Source of the DNA: Hyaloraphidium curvatum SAG 235-1 | Lineage: Eukaryota; Fungi; Monoblepharomycota | Length of the DNA stretch: 64,000 nucleotides | Reading direction: 5' to 3' | NCBI GenBank assembly: GCA_025558095.1 | Contig: JAIVFI010000004.1 | Coordinates: 248,001-312,000 of the forward strand | Shown: positions 1 through 13,538 of the stretch, in pieces | How positions within the stretch are numbered: the first letter of the stretch is position 1 | How the letters are laid out: every line of letters begins with the position of its first letter | The notes under the pieces: model-generated | Told to the model about the DNA's origin: nothing | What the model saw: the letters and a program-made list of their open reading frames with translations, nothing else | Databases searched by the model: none | Position numbers and translations under genes: made by a program

Positions 1-1955
1 AGAAGGACACCTTCCAGCTTGTCGTGGTCGGCGATGGTCCCGGAGGTGGGTCTTCGGTTTCTTCTTACTGCGTTTGTTGTGTCTCACCGTCCGTGTCGTG
101 TGTTTCGGAACCAGGTCGAGCCCACTTGGCGGGCCGCACACGGGTTGGCGACTGCGTTGAGGACGAGTGGCTCATAGTCTGGCTTCTTTTTGAACTCTCG
201 AAGCGTTTCGATGGCACCGTGGCGACGGTGCGGGACTACGACGGGGAGTTTCTGCTGATCGAGGCTGCAGCCGTCCTGCCGGCTTGGGTAGAGCCGGAGG
301 CAGCAGAGAACAGGGTTTTGATTCATGCCGGCCGGCTGCACTTGATTCGGCCGCCGCGGGCGCCGAAGGAAGTGGGGAGGTACCCCTCTGGGAAGCTGGA
401 GTTGCCGGCGGCCATCGGCCATGTTCTGGACGGCACCTTGGACACGCTGGCGCCCGCGGAGGTCGAAGCCGCGGTGCAACAGCGAATATCCGGGTATCCG
501 GCTGCCGTTGCGGAGAACGTGCACCGGGCGAGGTGCTTCGTGCCCCGCAGGATCGCCGAGATTCTTGCCCGGAACCCGCAGCTCGTTGCCCCGGCCGTGG
601 AGACCTTTTATACCCGGGATCCGATCAGCATGCGAGCTGCGTCTAAGCTGGAACGCTTTGATCCGGCGACCTCGGTTCCGGTGACCGTGCGCTTTTCGCG
701 GATGACTTACGCGATGCTTGTCAGCCAGCAGTTCTACCCGCCAAAGAAGTTTCTCCCGCACATTCCTCCGCCCTCGAGCGGGGATCACCTGGCGTGGCAG
801 GCGGGAGTTAAGCTTGCCTGCGGTTTCGAAATGCTTGCTTCTGAACCCCGTTGGCGACGGATCGAGGAGCAGAATCCCGGCTGGACCGTCGCAACACACG
901 ACTTCGATGGGGATCCGCAGTGGCATTCGTACCGGCGGGCGTTGGAGGCTCGCTCTTTCTTTGCCTCGCCGGGTTCGGACCCGAGCCTCCTTGACGCTTT
1001 GGCGAAGGAGCAGTACGTCCTCCATGCTCTCTCTACACTTCATAGTCGTGCAAAGACGGCGGCGGATCCCGTAGAAGTGCTCCGCAATCCTGCTTCCGAG
1101 ATTGCGCGGCTCCTATCTCTTCCCGATCTCCCCGACGAAGCGCTGAACCGGGAGCCCGAGGATTCCGACGCTTGGATGTCCATCGACGAGGCCGAGCTCG
1201 AGGGACTCGTGGCGGCCAAATCGGTGCCCCTGACGGCCGAGGACATCAGCGCGACACAAGAAGACGACATTGTCGAGGGCGGGAGCAGCTCGGGGTCGGA
1301 TGCGGACGACGAGGACGAGGAAAGCGCGGAGCTCGAGAAACTGAGGAAGCTCGTCACTGGCATGAGCACTTTTCTGGAACGTGAAAGCGGGATCGACGGT
1401 GTCGTGTTCCCGGAACAGACTTCGGACCAGGAGGAGGACGACGGAGAAGGTGGCCTGGAACGCAGGTTTGAGGAACTCATGGACGAGGATTCGGACGACG
1501 ACGAGGAGGAAGCCGCACCGAGCAAGAGCGAAAGGCGGAAGAAAGACGGCCGGGGCGCGCCAAGCCTCGACGCCGATCGCTTTGTCAGCGAAGTCAAGCG
1601 TACCCTGGGCTTCCCCATGACGTCGAACCCGGCACGGCAACCGGACAGCGACGACGAATCGGACTTCGCGCCTGATGACGCCGTCGACGGGTCGGTCGAT
1701 GGCGAGATCGAAGGGTACATGGAAGCCATGGACCGCGAGCTGGCGTCAACCGCGCTGGCAAACGACTTTGAGCGCACCGGACCTGCGGAGGCGGACGCGA
1801 ACGGCGAGCTGCCGCCGGTCAACCTGGACTACAATCTGGTGAAGAACCTGCTGGAGTCGTTCCATGCCCAAGAGGGGCTTCCGGGGCCAGCAACAGGTCT
1901 TTTGGGCGGGCTTGGGGTCGGAAACTTTAAGCTGCCAAAGGAGGATGATTCTTGA
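1..1955 (+). CDS. ECD: Ecdysoneless/SGT1-family protein (5' end outside window)
   Basis: Family-typical segments GDCVEDEWLIVWLLFELS, DYDGEFLLIEAA, NRVLIHAGRLHLI, KLACGFEML and C-terminal VNLDYNLVKNLLESFHAQEGLPGPA; probable in-frame GT-AG intron 46-114. Confidence 0.85.
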   Translation, partial: KDTFQLVVVGDGPGGGSSVSSYCVCCVSPSVSCVSEPGRAHLAGRTRVGDCVEDEWLIVWLLFELSKRFDGTVATVRDYDGEFLLIEAAAVLPAWVEPEAAENRVLIHAGRLHLIRPPRAPKEVGRYPSGKLELPAAIGHVLDGTLDTLAPAEVEAAVQQRISGYPAAVAENVHRARCFVPRRIAEILARNPQLVAPAVETFYTRDPISMRAASKLERFDPATSVPVTVRFSRMTYAMLVSQQFYPPKKFLPHIPPPSSGDHLAWQAGVKLACGFEMLASEPRWRRIEEQNPGWTVATHDFDGDPQWHSYRRALEARSFFASPGSDPSLLDALAKEQYVLHALSTLHSRAKTAADPVEVLRNPASEIARLLSLPDLPDEALNREPEDSDAWMSIDEAELEGLVAAKSVPLTAEDISATQEDDIVEGGSSSGSDADDEDEESAELEKLRKLVTGMSTFLERESGIDGVVFPEQTSDQEEDDGEGGLERRFEELMDEDSDDDEEEAAPSKSERRKKDGRGAPSLDADRFVSEVKRTLGFPMTSNPARQPDSDDESDFAPDDAVDGSVDGEIEGYMEAMDRELASTALANDFERTGPAEADANGELPPVNLDYNLVKNLLESFHAQEGLPGPATGLLGGLGVGNFKLPKEDDS

Positions 1956-2006
1956 CAGCAACACGTCTGATTCCAACGATACCAAGAACTAGCTTCGATA
2001 CACACA

Positions 2007-4057
2007 TTAAATACCGCATCCGGCGTCAGCCTTGGTCCTTCTCAGCACGTCCACCCACTCCTGTGCTCCCCCAGACTGGTCTTCCATGACCCAGTCCCCG
2101 CCGCGAGGCACGTGCACCACAAACCGTGTCCGGTCCACCAGCTCGCACCAAACTCCGTCCTGCGCGAGGTCCAACTGTTCCTTTACCTTCCTGTGGTTGT
2201 CGGGCTGGAACGCGAGCAGTCGCGGGCGATCCGTCAGCACCAAGGGCCGCGTAGCGGAGGAAACCATCCCGAAAAAGGTCCGTCGGCGAACAGTATTGTG
2301 CGAGACCTTCACAATGCTCTCGCCGGGGTCCAATGCCAATGTGAACATGAAGAGAGGAGACGCAGGATTGCGCTGCGAAGCCAACGGGTCCGGAACCGCA
2401 GCCGCAGATTGAGGAAGGCCGCTGCGACCGAGGCTCTGGGTCGCAGTAGCACCAAGCGGCGCCGACGCGCCACGCGATGCGACCCTGGGGCCAACAGCGA
2501 GCGGCTGAAGGTTGTTTGGCACGGTAAGCGGGCGCGAGGTATCTGTCCGGGGGGGTATTGGCCGCCTCAGCGGGACCGTCGCCACTGAGTCCCCTTCGGG
2601 ATTCGGAGCGGTCGAGCCAAGGTTGTGCAGGGAAGCCGAACGCGGCGTCGCTTCCTCGTGGATTGCCAGCTGGTTCACCAAGTTTGGCTCGGAAGCAGCC
2701 GCAACAACCACCCCCAAGGCACCTGGAGCGGCGGCAAGAATCGGCGCGGCAGCAGGGATAGCCGAATGTGGCGCCGAGACGCTCCCGTTCTGCAGGGGAT
2801 CGGCACCCGTTCCCACACCCTCGTGCGGCCCCATGTTGTCCAGCATCCTCTCAAGATTGCCCAGGTCAATCATTCCGTTGGCCGCCTCCGGAGTGCTGAC
2901 CTCGGTGCCGCCCGCCGAACTGCGCCCCGAGCGGCTGGGAGGAGCTTGCACGGGAATACCCGAGCGTACCGGGGGCGGCTCTGCTGTGTCAAGATGTCCC
3001 CAGGATATCCCATTGAAGAACGGGTGAGCCTTCAGGGCCGGCCAGCCTCCCCCTGCCTCGGACGGGGCGCCGAGCCGCGCGTCCGGTTCTTCCACCAAAA
3101 GCTTCCGCACGAGGTCCGCCGCGTCCGGAGGGAAAAGGTCCGGTATTGCGTACTCCATCCGCAGAATCTTCTGAAAGGTCTGGTATTCGTTCCCGGCCTT
3201 GAAGGGAGGTCGTCCGGCGAGGAGCTGGTAGATCACGCAGCCCAAGGACCACAGGTCCGACGCGGGGCTGGCGGAGCGCTCGTTCAGCAGCTCGGGAGGG
3301 ACGTATTCGGCGGTGCCGACGAAAGAGTTGGAGCGCTGCTCCGAAGGGTTCGGGGGCGGCTCGGCGGCCTCCATCTTTGCCGTGCCAAAGTCCGTCACCT
3401 TGATGTGCATGTGGTCGTCGAGTAGAATGTTCTGTTAGAGCAAACGTCAGCAAAGTCCGGCGCACCGCGACGGAGGGGCCGGCTCACCTCGGGCTTCAGG
3501 TCACGGTGGATGACGCCTTTCGAGTGCATGTACTCGATCGCCTCCACGAGCTCCGCCGCGTAGAAGCGGGCCACGTCGAAATGGAAAGTCCCGAACTTCT
3601 TGAGAAAGCCCAGCATGTCCCCATTCTCCGCAAGGTCCAGGATAAAGTACAGCGAGGTCTCGTCTTGGAACGTGTAGTAGAGCTTCACCACGAAAGGGTG
3701 CCCGCCCAGCACGTTCAGCACCGCTTTCTCGACGTTGACGTACTTGACCTTGCGGTTCTTTATGATATGGCGCTTGTCGAGGATCTTTGCGGCGAACTCG
3801 CGGCCCGTTTCGCGGTCCCGCGCGCGGACCACCGTCGAGTACGCGCCGTCGCCGATGGAGTCGCCAAAGTCAAAGTCCGCCGGGCTCCGTTTCCGCAAGC
3901 TACCCCCGGGCGTCGCCACCGAAGGCGTCGCCAGGCCGAACGACGCCTGCAACGCCGAGGGAGTCGCGAGCGGACTCGTCGGAACCGTAGGCGGTCTGCT
4001 GAAATAGTCTCCCGCGACGCCGAGCGACGCGGCGGACGCGCCTCGCGACGCCGCCAT
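2007..4057 (-). CDS. PDK1: PDK1/Pkh/Ksg1-type AGC protein kinase with C-terminal PH-like domain
   Basis: [16 protein letters not shown]|NILLD across an intron at ~3433-3487, DFGTAK, RSNSFVGTAEYVPPELL; PH-like tail LVLTDRPRLL...WVDVL. Confidence 0.9.
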
Positions 4058-4343
4058 TATGCCTCTGGGCTTCCGGCTACGTGCCGCCCACGGGGCGAGG
4101 CCGGGGGTGGCACTCCGCCATTTTCGTGTTGGGGGAGACGGTTGGTTTAGGGTTGGGTCTGGAGTCGCGAGTCTGGACCGAATTTCCGGCCTATTGACGC
4201 GGGCCTTGACTTGATACTTGATCGGGCGGAAAACCGGCCAATTCATCACGCCGGTCCATTGCGGAACTTCAACGTCACCCGCCTTCTCCCAAACGAGGTC
4301 ACTGCGAACCGCGACGGCGCATCGCTTTCCGTTCGCTGCCACC

Positions 4344-5917
4344 ATGCTGTCCTCTGCCCCGCGCTCCCTGGCCTCGCGGTCGCTCCCGCGGCTGCTCCGG
4401 GCCGCCGGCCCCGCGGCGCCGCGCGCCGCACTTTTCCGCGCCTCCCCGGCGGCGGGCCCCGCGGCGTGCCGGCAGGCCCGGTCGTACTCGTCGGAGGCTG
4501 AGGTGCCCCAGATTGCCTCGCTGAACACTTTCACGGACGAAGAGATGGCCATGCGCGACATGGTATCGAAGTTCGCCACCGAGGTGATCGCACCGAAGGT
4601 GAAGCAGATGGACGAGGCGGAGGTCATGGACAAGGAGGTCCTCAAAGCCCTGTTCGAGAATGGCCTCATGGGGATCGAGGTCGAGCCCGAGTTCGGGGGC
4701 TCGGGGGCGTCGTTCGTGTCCTCGCTCATCGCGGTCGAGGAGATCAGCCGCGTGGACCCCAGCGTGTCTATCGTCGTGGTGAGTGTCATTTGAGTCTAAG
4801 GGAGGGAGTGTACCCGGTCTCGGGTGCTCCTGGAGTCGAGCTCCCGGAGCGTCCCCGAGCGCGGCTTCACATGCTGCCTCTCGTTCCTGCTTCTGACGTC
4901 CCAATCTGTTCAGGACATCCAAAACACGCTGGTCAACACCATCTTCCGCAAGCACGCCTCGGACTACATCAAGGAGAAGTACCTGACGCGGATGGCCACC
5001 GACACCATCTGCTCTTTCTGCCTCTCCGAGGCGGGCTCCGGCTCAGACGCGTTTGCTCTTGCTACCAAGGCCGAGAAGAAGGGCGACTACTATTCCATCT
5101 CGGGCAGCAAGATGTGGATCTCGCAGGCCGCGGAGGCGGACCTGTTCCTTGTGTTTGCCAACGCGGACCCGGCGTCCGGCTACAAAGGGATCACTGCGTT
5201 TGTTGTGGAGAAGGACATGGGCGTACAGATTGCGAAGAAGGAGGCCAAGGTGTGTTCGTGTCGCTCCACGCTCCGTCCGGCCGGCACTGATCCAATCGGG
5301 CACCTCAGCTCGGCCTCCGCGCGTCTTCAACGTGCGCGCTGACCTTTGACGAGATTAAGGTGCCCGAAAAGAACGTTCTCGGCACCGTCGGGCACGGCTA
5401 CAAGTACGCCATCGGCCTCTTGAACGAGGGCCGGATCGGCATCGCGGCACAGATGCTCGGCCTGGCGCGCGGCGCGTACGACCACGCAGTCCAGTACCTC
5501 TTCCAGCGCAAGCAGTTCGGCAAGCTCATCGGCGAGTTCCAGGGGATGCAGTTCCAGTACGCGCAGGTGGCGACCAACATCGAGGCTGCGCGGCTCCTCA
5601 CGTACAACGCGGCGCGGTTGAGGGATCAGGGGCTGCCCTTCATCAAGCAGGCCGCCATGGCCAAGCTGTACGCTGGGCAGGTCGCGGAGGAGGCGAGCAG
5701 CAAGGCCGTCGAGTGGATGGGCGGCGTTGGCTTCACCAGGGACGTTCCGGTGGAGAAATTCTACCGAGACGCAAAGATTGGCGCAAGTGGGTTGACTGGG
5801 CACGCGCGATTCTGCTACCGGATGTTGACGTTTTTTGGTTCCGCAGTCTACGAGGGCACTGTCAACATCCAGCTCCAGACCATTGCCAAGCTTCTCGCAC
5901 AAGATTACAAGGCGTGA
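4344..5917 (+). CDS. ACADSB: Short/branched-chain acyl-CoA dehydrogenase, mitochondrial
   Basis: Arg/Ala-rich presequence; [49 protein letters not shown] after splicing; introns at ~4779-4913, ~5250-5309 and 5787-5846. Confidence 0.92.
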
Positions 5918-6016
5918 GACAACCGTGGATTCTTGCAGAATGCCTTTGGTCTATAGATACCATGTCGTCTCGAAACATCCCGTGCTGGGTCCCCCATGAG
6001 CTTCACGCCTTGTCGC

Positions 6017-7477
6017 TCACTCGTGCCCCACGGCCTCCTCGAGCGCCTTCTTTGCGTCCTCGACCGCCTCGTCTATCGCGCCTCCAGCCTCGTCCGCCGC
6101 CTTCTCGACGATCGCCTCGGCCTTCTCGGCCACCTTCTCGGCTGTGTTCTCGACCACGGCCTCCGCCTCCTTGGCAGTCTCCGCGACAGCCGATTCCGTT
6201 TTGTCCGCCACGTCGCGCACGGCCTCTTCGACCGCGCCGACGACTTCCGTGGCCTCCGCCTTGGCAGCGTTCGGCTCGTCGGGTTTCGAAGCTTCGGTCC
6301 CTTGGGCGGGCTCCGAAGTGGGTGCGGCGGATTCCGGTGCGGCCTCGTTGGCAGCAGGCGCCTCCTCAGCCTTCCCAGCACCTTCCTCCTTCGCGGCAGG
6401 CTCGGCAGGAGCAGTCTCTTCCGCCGGTTTCTCAGGTGCCTCGTCCGTTTGAGGCTTCTCGACCTCGGTGGTGCTCGCCTTGGGTTCTTCAGGAGTTGAC
6501 TCCGCAGGCTTTGACTCTGCCAGCTCTTCCTCCTTCTTTGGCGGCTCCTCGACGGCCGCTTTCTCCTCGCCCTTGACTTCTGCCGTCTCTTCGGTCGCAC
6601 TGCCGCCCGTTGCCTCCTTTGCGAGCTCCGCAAGCTTCTTCTTGGTTTCGGGATCGGCCTCGACCACTTCTTCCTGAGCGGGCTCTTCTTCAGGGGCCTT
6701 CTCCGCAGAAGAGGCCTCCACAGCGCTGGTTTCCTGCTTCACCTCCGCGGTTTTGTCCTCGGTCGGCTCCGAAGTTTTCGTCTCGGCAGGGGCCTCCTCC
6801 TTGGCGCCAGCTTCAGCTTCCACCTTCTCGGCAGGTGCCGGAGCAGGTTCGGGCTCTTTCTCGGGAAACGGCAGCACCTTGAGGCCTCCGACCGGCTTGC
6901 GCGGCGACGTGGGACCTTCGGTCTTGGGCGACGAGGCCGACGCGCCGACCGTCGTCACGGACGGCGGGGTCGTGACGACGACGGGCGACCACTTGCTCTT
7001 GTGCTGCTCGGAGCCGAAGCCCTCGGCGTAGTTGCCCTTGAGCTTGAACAGCTGGGTGTAGCAGTTCTGAATGGGATGAGGTCCGTGAGAACCCGCGCGC
7101 GGCAGGCAACGCCAGCCTCTCGAGCGGCTACCTTGTGGTAGAACTTGCCCTCCAACGACGCGTAGTTGGTCAAGGTCATCAGCGATTTGCACTGCTGGCA
7201 GCGGAAGCAGCTTTGGAGGCCAACGGCATCGAGGTGTGAAACGATCCGGCGACGCGCGGTTCCAGGTCCGTGTCAGTGACAGAGAGCTTCCATCCGACAC
7301 CCGCTCCACCCACGCTTTGTGGAAGAGGTGTCCATCTGCGGAATGGAACGATAGGGGTCCATGAGCGACGCTTCGATGGGCGAGCGGCGCGAGTCGCTCA
7401 CCGACGGCGAACTTCTCGTTGGCATAAACGGTCTTAGTGCAAGTTTCGCACTTTTCACCTCCTCCGAAGGTCGCCAT
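6017..7477 (-). CDS. Single-LIM-domain protein with long Glu/Ala/Lys-rich tail
   Basis: Spliced LIM: CETCTKTVYANEK..FHKA|CFRCQQC..YHK|NCYTQLFKLKGNYAEGFG (EPLIN/plant WLIM-like post-LIM motif), followed by low-complexity acidic region. Confidence 0.85.
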   Translation of the reverse strand: MATFGGGEKCETCTKTVYANEKFAVGERLAPLAHRSVAHGPLSFHSADGHLFHKAWVERVSDGSSLSLTRTWNRASPDRFTPRCRWPPKLLPLPAVQIADDLDQLRVVGGQVLPQGSRSRGWRCLPRAGSHGPHPIQNCYTQLFKLKGNYAEGFGSEQHKSKWSPVVVTTPPSVTTVGASASSPKTEGPTSPRKPVGGLKVLPFPEKEPEPAPAPAEKVEAEAGAKEEAPAETKTSEPTEDKTAEVKQETSAVEASSAEKAPEEEPAQEEVVEADPETKKKLAELAKEATGGSATEETAEVKGEEKAAVEEPPKKEEELAESKPAESTPEEPKASTTEVEKPQTDEAPEKPAEETAPAEPAAKEEGAGKAEEAPAANEAAPESAAPTSEPAQGTEASKPDEPNAAKAEATEVVGAVEEAVRDVADKTESAVAETAKEAEAVVENTAEKVAEKAEAIVEKAADEAGGAIDEAVEDAKKALEEAVGHE

Positions 7478-7608
7478 CGTGCTCCGCGAGCTTGCGGCGG
7501 TGGACGGGGTGGCGCGTGTTTGGTTCAGAAGGGACCCCGCGGCGGGACCAAGTAAACACACTCCCGGACCTTCGCTCCTGGTGCCCAATCGGAAGAGCAG
7601 TACCAGCG

Positions 7609-8336
7609 ATGGGGAAAGATCAGAAAAGTAAAAGCGCGCCGGCAAAGTCAAAGTCGTCAGCCGCGGACGATGGGGATGGAGGCGGCGGCGGAAAGTCGGA
7701 CAAGTTGAAGCCCGCGAACTCTATCAAGGCGAGCCAGCTCAGCGTAGAAACATTTTGCTTCCCGGCTGACGTTATCATGTAATGATCTTTGCTTGATGTG
7801 GTGCGACGTGACGCGATTCGTCTGGCTTCCGGTGCGGATCGGCCAACTTCGATACCCGCCATTCCGCGGATCGGTCAACTTCGAACCAACTTCGATAGGT
7901 CAGACACATCCTTTGCGAGAAGCATTCGCGAGTGGGAGGGGAACCCGCGTTCGTTCCGTGACTGTTGGCCGACGAGAGCGCATGGACGCAGATCATGGAA
8001 GCCATGGAGAAGATCAAGGCGGGAGAGCGGTTCGACAAGGTCGCGGAAGCGTATTCGGAAGACAGTCGGTTTCGCCTCTTTCTTGTCTAGACCTCGGCTC
8101 ATTGATGTGCGCCAGAGGCCAAAGCCGGCGGATCGTTGGGCTGGATGGTTCGAGGATCAATGGTCGGCGCGTTCCAAGAGGCAGCCTTTGCCCTAAAGCC
8201 TTCGACTTGCGACAAGCCGGTCATGGCCGGGCCTGTGAAGACCCAGCATGGCTATCACCTAATCATGGTTCGTGTCGGACTCCGTCACGGGGTGATGGTG
8301 CTGATGGCTCCAAGCCAGGTCGAGGATCGGAAATGA
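7609..8336 (+). CDS. PIN4: Parvulin-type peptidyl-prolyl isomerase (Par14)
   Basis: Basic N-terminus, then spliced IK|[11 protein letters not shown]|IMEA...[14 protein letters not shown]...[10 protein letters not shown]|VEDRK*; 4 introns, the first with a GC donor (7729-7898). Confidence 0.92.
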
Positions 8337-8539
8337 GTGATTCATTCTCATTCGAAATCTGCACTCTGTTGTCTACAACGCGATACCCCATGGAACAAGC
8401 GTGTGGGCGGGCCCTTTGCCCGGAGAGCCGGCGGCCGTTCTCAGCCTCCGCACCTGTTCGCTGGGCGAACGTAGCTTTGGGCGCGAAGGATTCATTGACC
8501 GGGGCATCATCCAATCAAGGGCCCGCGAGAGGTGTGCCT

Positions 8540-9025
8540 TCATGCGGGCTTGGGAATCAAGACCACCAAGCACACGATGAGGATGGTCAGGATGACGACG
8601 TTCAGAAGAACGATCGGGAGGATATACTGGCTGGAAGGTACAAGAGGTTAGGCGATCTTCAGTGCGGCTGCGGCACAAAGACGTTACCTGTATCATTTGA
8701 TCTCTCGCCACCACTTCGGGCCGCGGTCTACGCAACTCAGATGACAATATTTGTCGTCGTGCCCATCCTCGATTTGCCGCAAGACTCTTTTGCACCGTCC
8801 ACATTTGCAAGACGGGATGTCCACCTCGCGAGGATCCAGGGGAGGGTCGAAACGCCGCACAGTCGTGCCCGGAAGGGCATAAGTGGCACTTCCGTACGTC
8901 GGCGCGGGATTCAACGACGGGGGAACAAGGGTTGAGTTGGAGTCGTCAGAAGTCCGCTTCTGTTCTGGTGTAGGTGCCAGGACCCCTCCAACAGGCGGTT
9001 TTGGAAAGTACGATGACGCCGCCAT
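8540..9025 (-). CDS. Small orphan protein with Cys cluster and C-terminal transmembrane helix
   Basis: ORF MAASSYF...CKCGRC...YCHLSC can splice to an exon encoding QYILPIVLLNVVILTILIVCLVVLIPKPA*; exact donor ambiguous. Confidence 0.5.
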
Positions 9026-9112
9026 CGCTGCGGCGCCGCAACGGGCGGTAGGACAGAGCTGCCGCTCCTCGGATTTTGAAGTTCAGGCTCCTGGGGACCA
9101 GCCACACACGCA

Positions 9113-10129
9113 TCAACGATTTGCCGCAGACATACACAGCTGCGAGATCGCCCGCGCCAAATCTCCCGCGTTAGGCCTACGAGCTTCCGCAGCTACGTCT
9201 GCTTCCGATTCCTTCAATCGCGCCGTCGTTGTCGGCCCGATGCTCGCGATCCGGACCCCCTGCCACCAAGCCGATCGGCGGCACTCTGGCAGGGCGATAT
9301 CGACGCCGCTGGGGCTGAAAAAAGCGACCCACTGCGGCGGCCCGCTGATGGCGGTCCTTGTGGCGAGATCCGAAGGGAAGGATTCGGACGGGCACGTAGC
9401 GTAGACCTGCAGCTCTGCGATCTCCACCGGGCTGCCCGCAAGGCGTTGGAACAGGGTATCTCTCCGCTTGTCCCCTGTAAGGAAAAGCAGCAGCCTTTTC
9501 TCCGCTCTGAAATCGTCGACGGCATGATCGTCGAGAATGAGATCGGCCAGGCGGTCGGCAACACCGGTCTCCTGCCCTCTCGGCACGAATCCCAGAGCGG
9601 CTACCGACGCCGCAGTGGCCTCGCCGACGACGTAGAAAGGTTTTTCTTTCCACGAGTTGGCTTCAGAGTCTTGAGAAGCGTGTGGACGAGGGGCATCAAT
9701 TCCGGTTCGAATGAACCGCAAAGCTTGCAGCCCACCAGACAGAGCAGCGAGGGAGCCGTCCCATGCCACTTTCCAGGCTTCCACTGCACGTTTGCTGGTG
9801 GCAATGACCCCGCAATACTCCTTTTGCTTGGTCCGGATGCGGAGACCGAGTTCGTCGACGTTACAAAGTCGGTGTCCAAGAACCGGAATCGAGAAACAGC
9901 GCAGTCCGGTCGCTGCAAAGGCATCTGAGTACTCGTCCGGTTGCGAATCCGGCTCAATGGCAGCTTGCGGCGCTGAAGCCGGCGACGGTGTCGAAGGGTG
10001 CTCCGCATTCCCGTCCACGAGGCCATCCTTTCCGCCAGAATCGCGATGCCGTTTTCGTGGCGCGTCCGGATCGCTCGGATTTCGGAACAGAAAGACAGTT
10101 TGCCGTCCCTCGCCCGAGGTTGGAGCCAT
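9113..10129 (-). CDS. HEM4: Uroporphyrinogen-III synthase
   Basis: GVIATSKRAVEA, FYVVGEATA, LLFLTGDKRRDTL, VYAT, WVAFFSPSG, SIGPTT; probable in-frame intron near 9680-9750. Confidence 0.88.
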   Translation of the reverse strand: MAPTSGEGRQTVFLFRNPSDPDAPRKRHRDSGGKDGLVDGNAEHPSTPSPASAPQAAIEPDSQPDEYSDAFAATGLRCFSIPVLGHRLCNVDELGLRIRTKQKEYCGVIATSKRAVEAWKVAWDGSLAALSGGLQALRFIRTGIDAPRPHASQDSEANSWKEKPFYVVGEATAASVAALGFVPRGQETGVADRLADLILDDHAVDDFRAEKRLLLFLTGDKRRDTLFQRLAGSPVEIAELQVYATCPSESFPSDLATRTAISGPPQWVAFFSPSGVDIALPECRRSAWWQGVRIASIGPTTTARLKESEADVAAEARRPNAGDLARAISQLCMSAANR

Positions 10130-10358
10130 CGTCCGTGGCCACGGAGTGCCTCACTCCTCAATCCCCAAGTAGCAACGCGTTCTCCGGTTCCACTCCGGCC
10201 CAGCACGAAAAGCAAATCGACCGCCAAGTGCTGAATCGAACGGACTACGCGTTTTCTCGCGTCAAGGGCGGAGCAGACGGTAGCGCAGATTTGACATCTC
10301 AACACGGCCGCGGACGAGCGAGACACGTCGTCCCCGAAGCAAACGCCGATTTCGTGCC

Positions 10359-10988
10359 ATGCACTCAGACGACGACTCCAGCACCGACGATGGCACCGCG
10401 TCGCCTTCGATCCTGACCAGGCCGCGCGCCCCCCGCCCTCCCCCGCCGCCGGCTGCTCCGCGACCCGGTGCGAACCTCCCCGCACCCACCGCGCCGGAGC
10501 ATCCGCGCACCTCTCCCGCGAACGAAACCGCTGAGGGAGCCAGTCCCGGCAAAGAGCTTGCCCAGCCCGGCCTCGGACTGCCGCCCCTGCCCGGCGCCGA
10601 CGCCGGATCGCCCGCTTCGCACCTCCCCCTTGCGACACCCCCGGATCCTCCCCCAAAGAAGGAGCCCGCGATCGCGCCCAAGAAGACCCCGCGCAAGCCC
10701 AAGGGCCCCGCGGACCCGAACGCGCCGAGGACAGTGCGGACGTCGTACCATTTCTGGTGCGAGGAGGTCCGCGCCAGGGAGGGACCGGGACGGAAGGGGA
10801 AGCGCGAGCGGCCGCTGCTGGAGGAGTGGAAGCTCATGACCAAGGAGCAGAAGAAGCCGTACGCGGAACTGCAGGAACGGGACCAGCAGCGGTTCAGCGC
10901 CGAGAAGCGGAGGTACAAACTGAAGGTGGGACTCGAACGATCTGGTGCCCCAATGTCGCTGACAGACGATGCGCGCAGCAATGCCTGA
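10359..10988 (+). CDS. HMG-box protein with Pro-rich N-terminus
   Basis: DPNAPRTVRTSYHFWC...EEWKLMTKEQKKPYAELQERDQQRF. Confidence 0.8.
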   Translation: MHSDDDSSTDDGTASPSILTRPRAPRPPPPPAAPRPGANLPAPTAPEHPRTSPANETAEGASPGKELAQPGLGLPPLPGADAGSPASHLPLATPPDPPPKKEPAIAPKKTPRKPKGPADPNAPRTVRTSYHFWCEEVRAREGPGRKGKRERPLLEEWKLMTKEQKKPYAELQERDQQRFSAEKRRYKLKVGLERSGAPMSLTDDARSNA

Positions 10989-11105
10989 CCAAGCTCCTCT
11001 CCCGGTCGAATGAGCACTAGTATTTACAGCCATTAGCTAGCTAATACCCTTGACAAAGCTCGCATACGTTCCGTTCCGTGCAAGAGACCCCGCGCCTCCA
11101 AGACC

Positions 11106-13261
<2,156 letters not shown>

Positions 13262-13538
13262 TCAAAGGTGCGGCAGGAGAGAGGCCGCGGCGGGGGAGGC
13301 AACCGGAGGGGATCCCGCCCAGTCCGCGGCCGGTGCTCCGCGGTGCTCTGGGCGGGAGGCGGCTACCGAGTCTGCGGCATCCCGGCGCCGCACACCCCAC
13401 AGTGCGCTGGCAGGAAGTGGATTGGAGAAGGGGGGTGGTGCGACCGTTCCCTTATTGTCCGGAGCAAGCTCGGAGACGGAGCGACCGCCGTCCCGCCTCG
13501 CCCCTCTCGCCGACCGATGCGCGGCTAGCGGGCCGGCG

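Noticed and set aside
5781-5846. Apparent GC donor (gcaagt) in the last ACADSB intron
   Set aside because: A canonical GT donor at 5787 restores the conserved KIGAIYEG reading.
7745-7830. Intronic snoRNA in the long PIN4 intron
   Set aside because: No properly ordered C (RUGAUGA) and D (CUGA) boxes or H/ACA layout could be identified.
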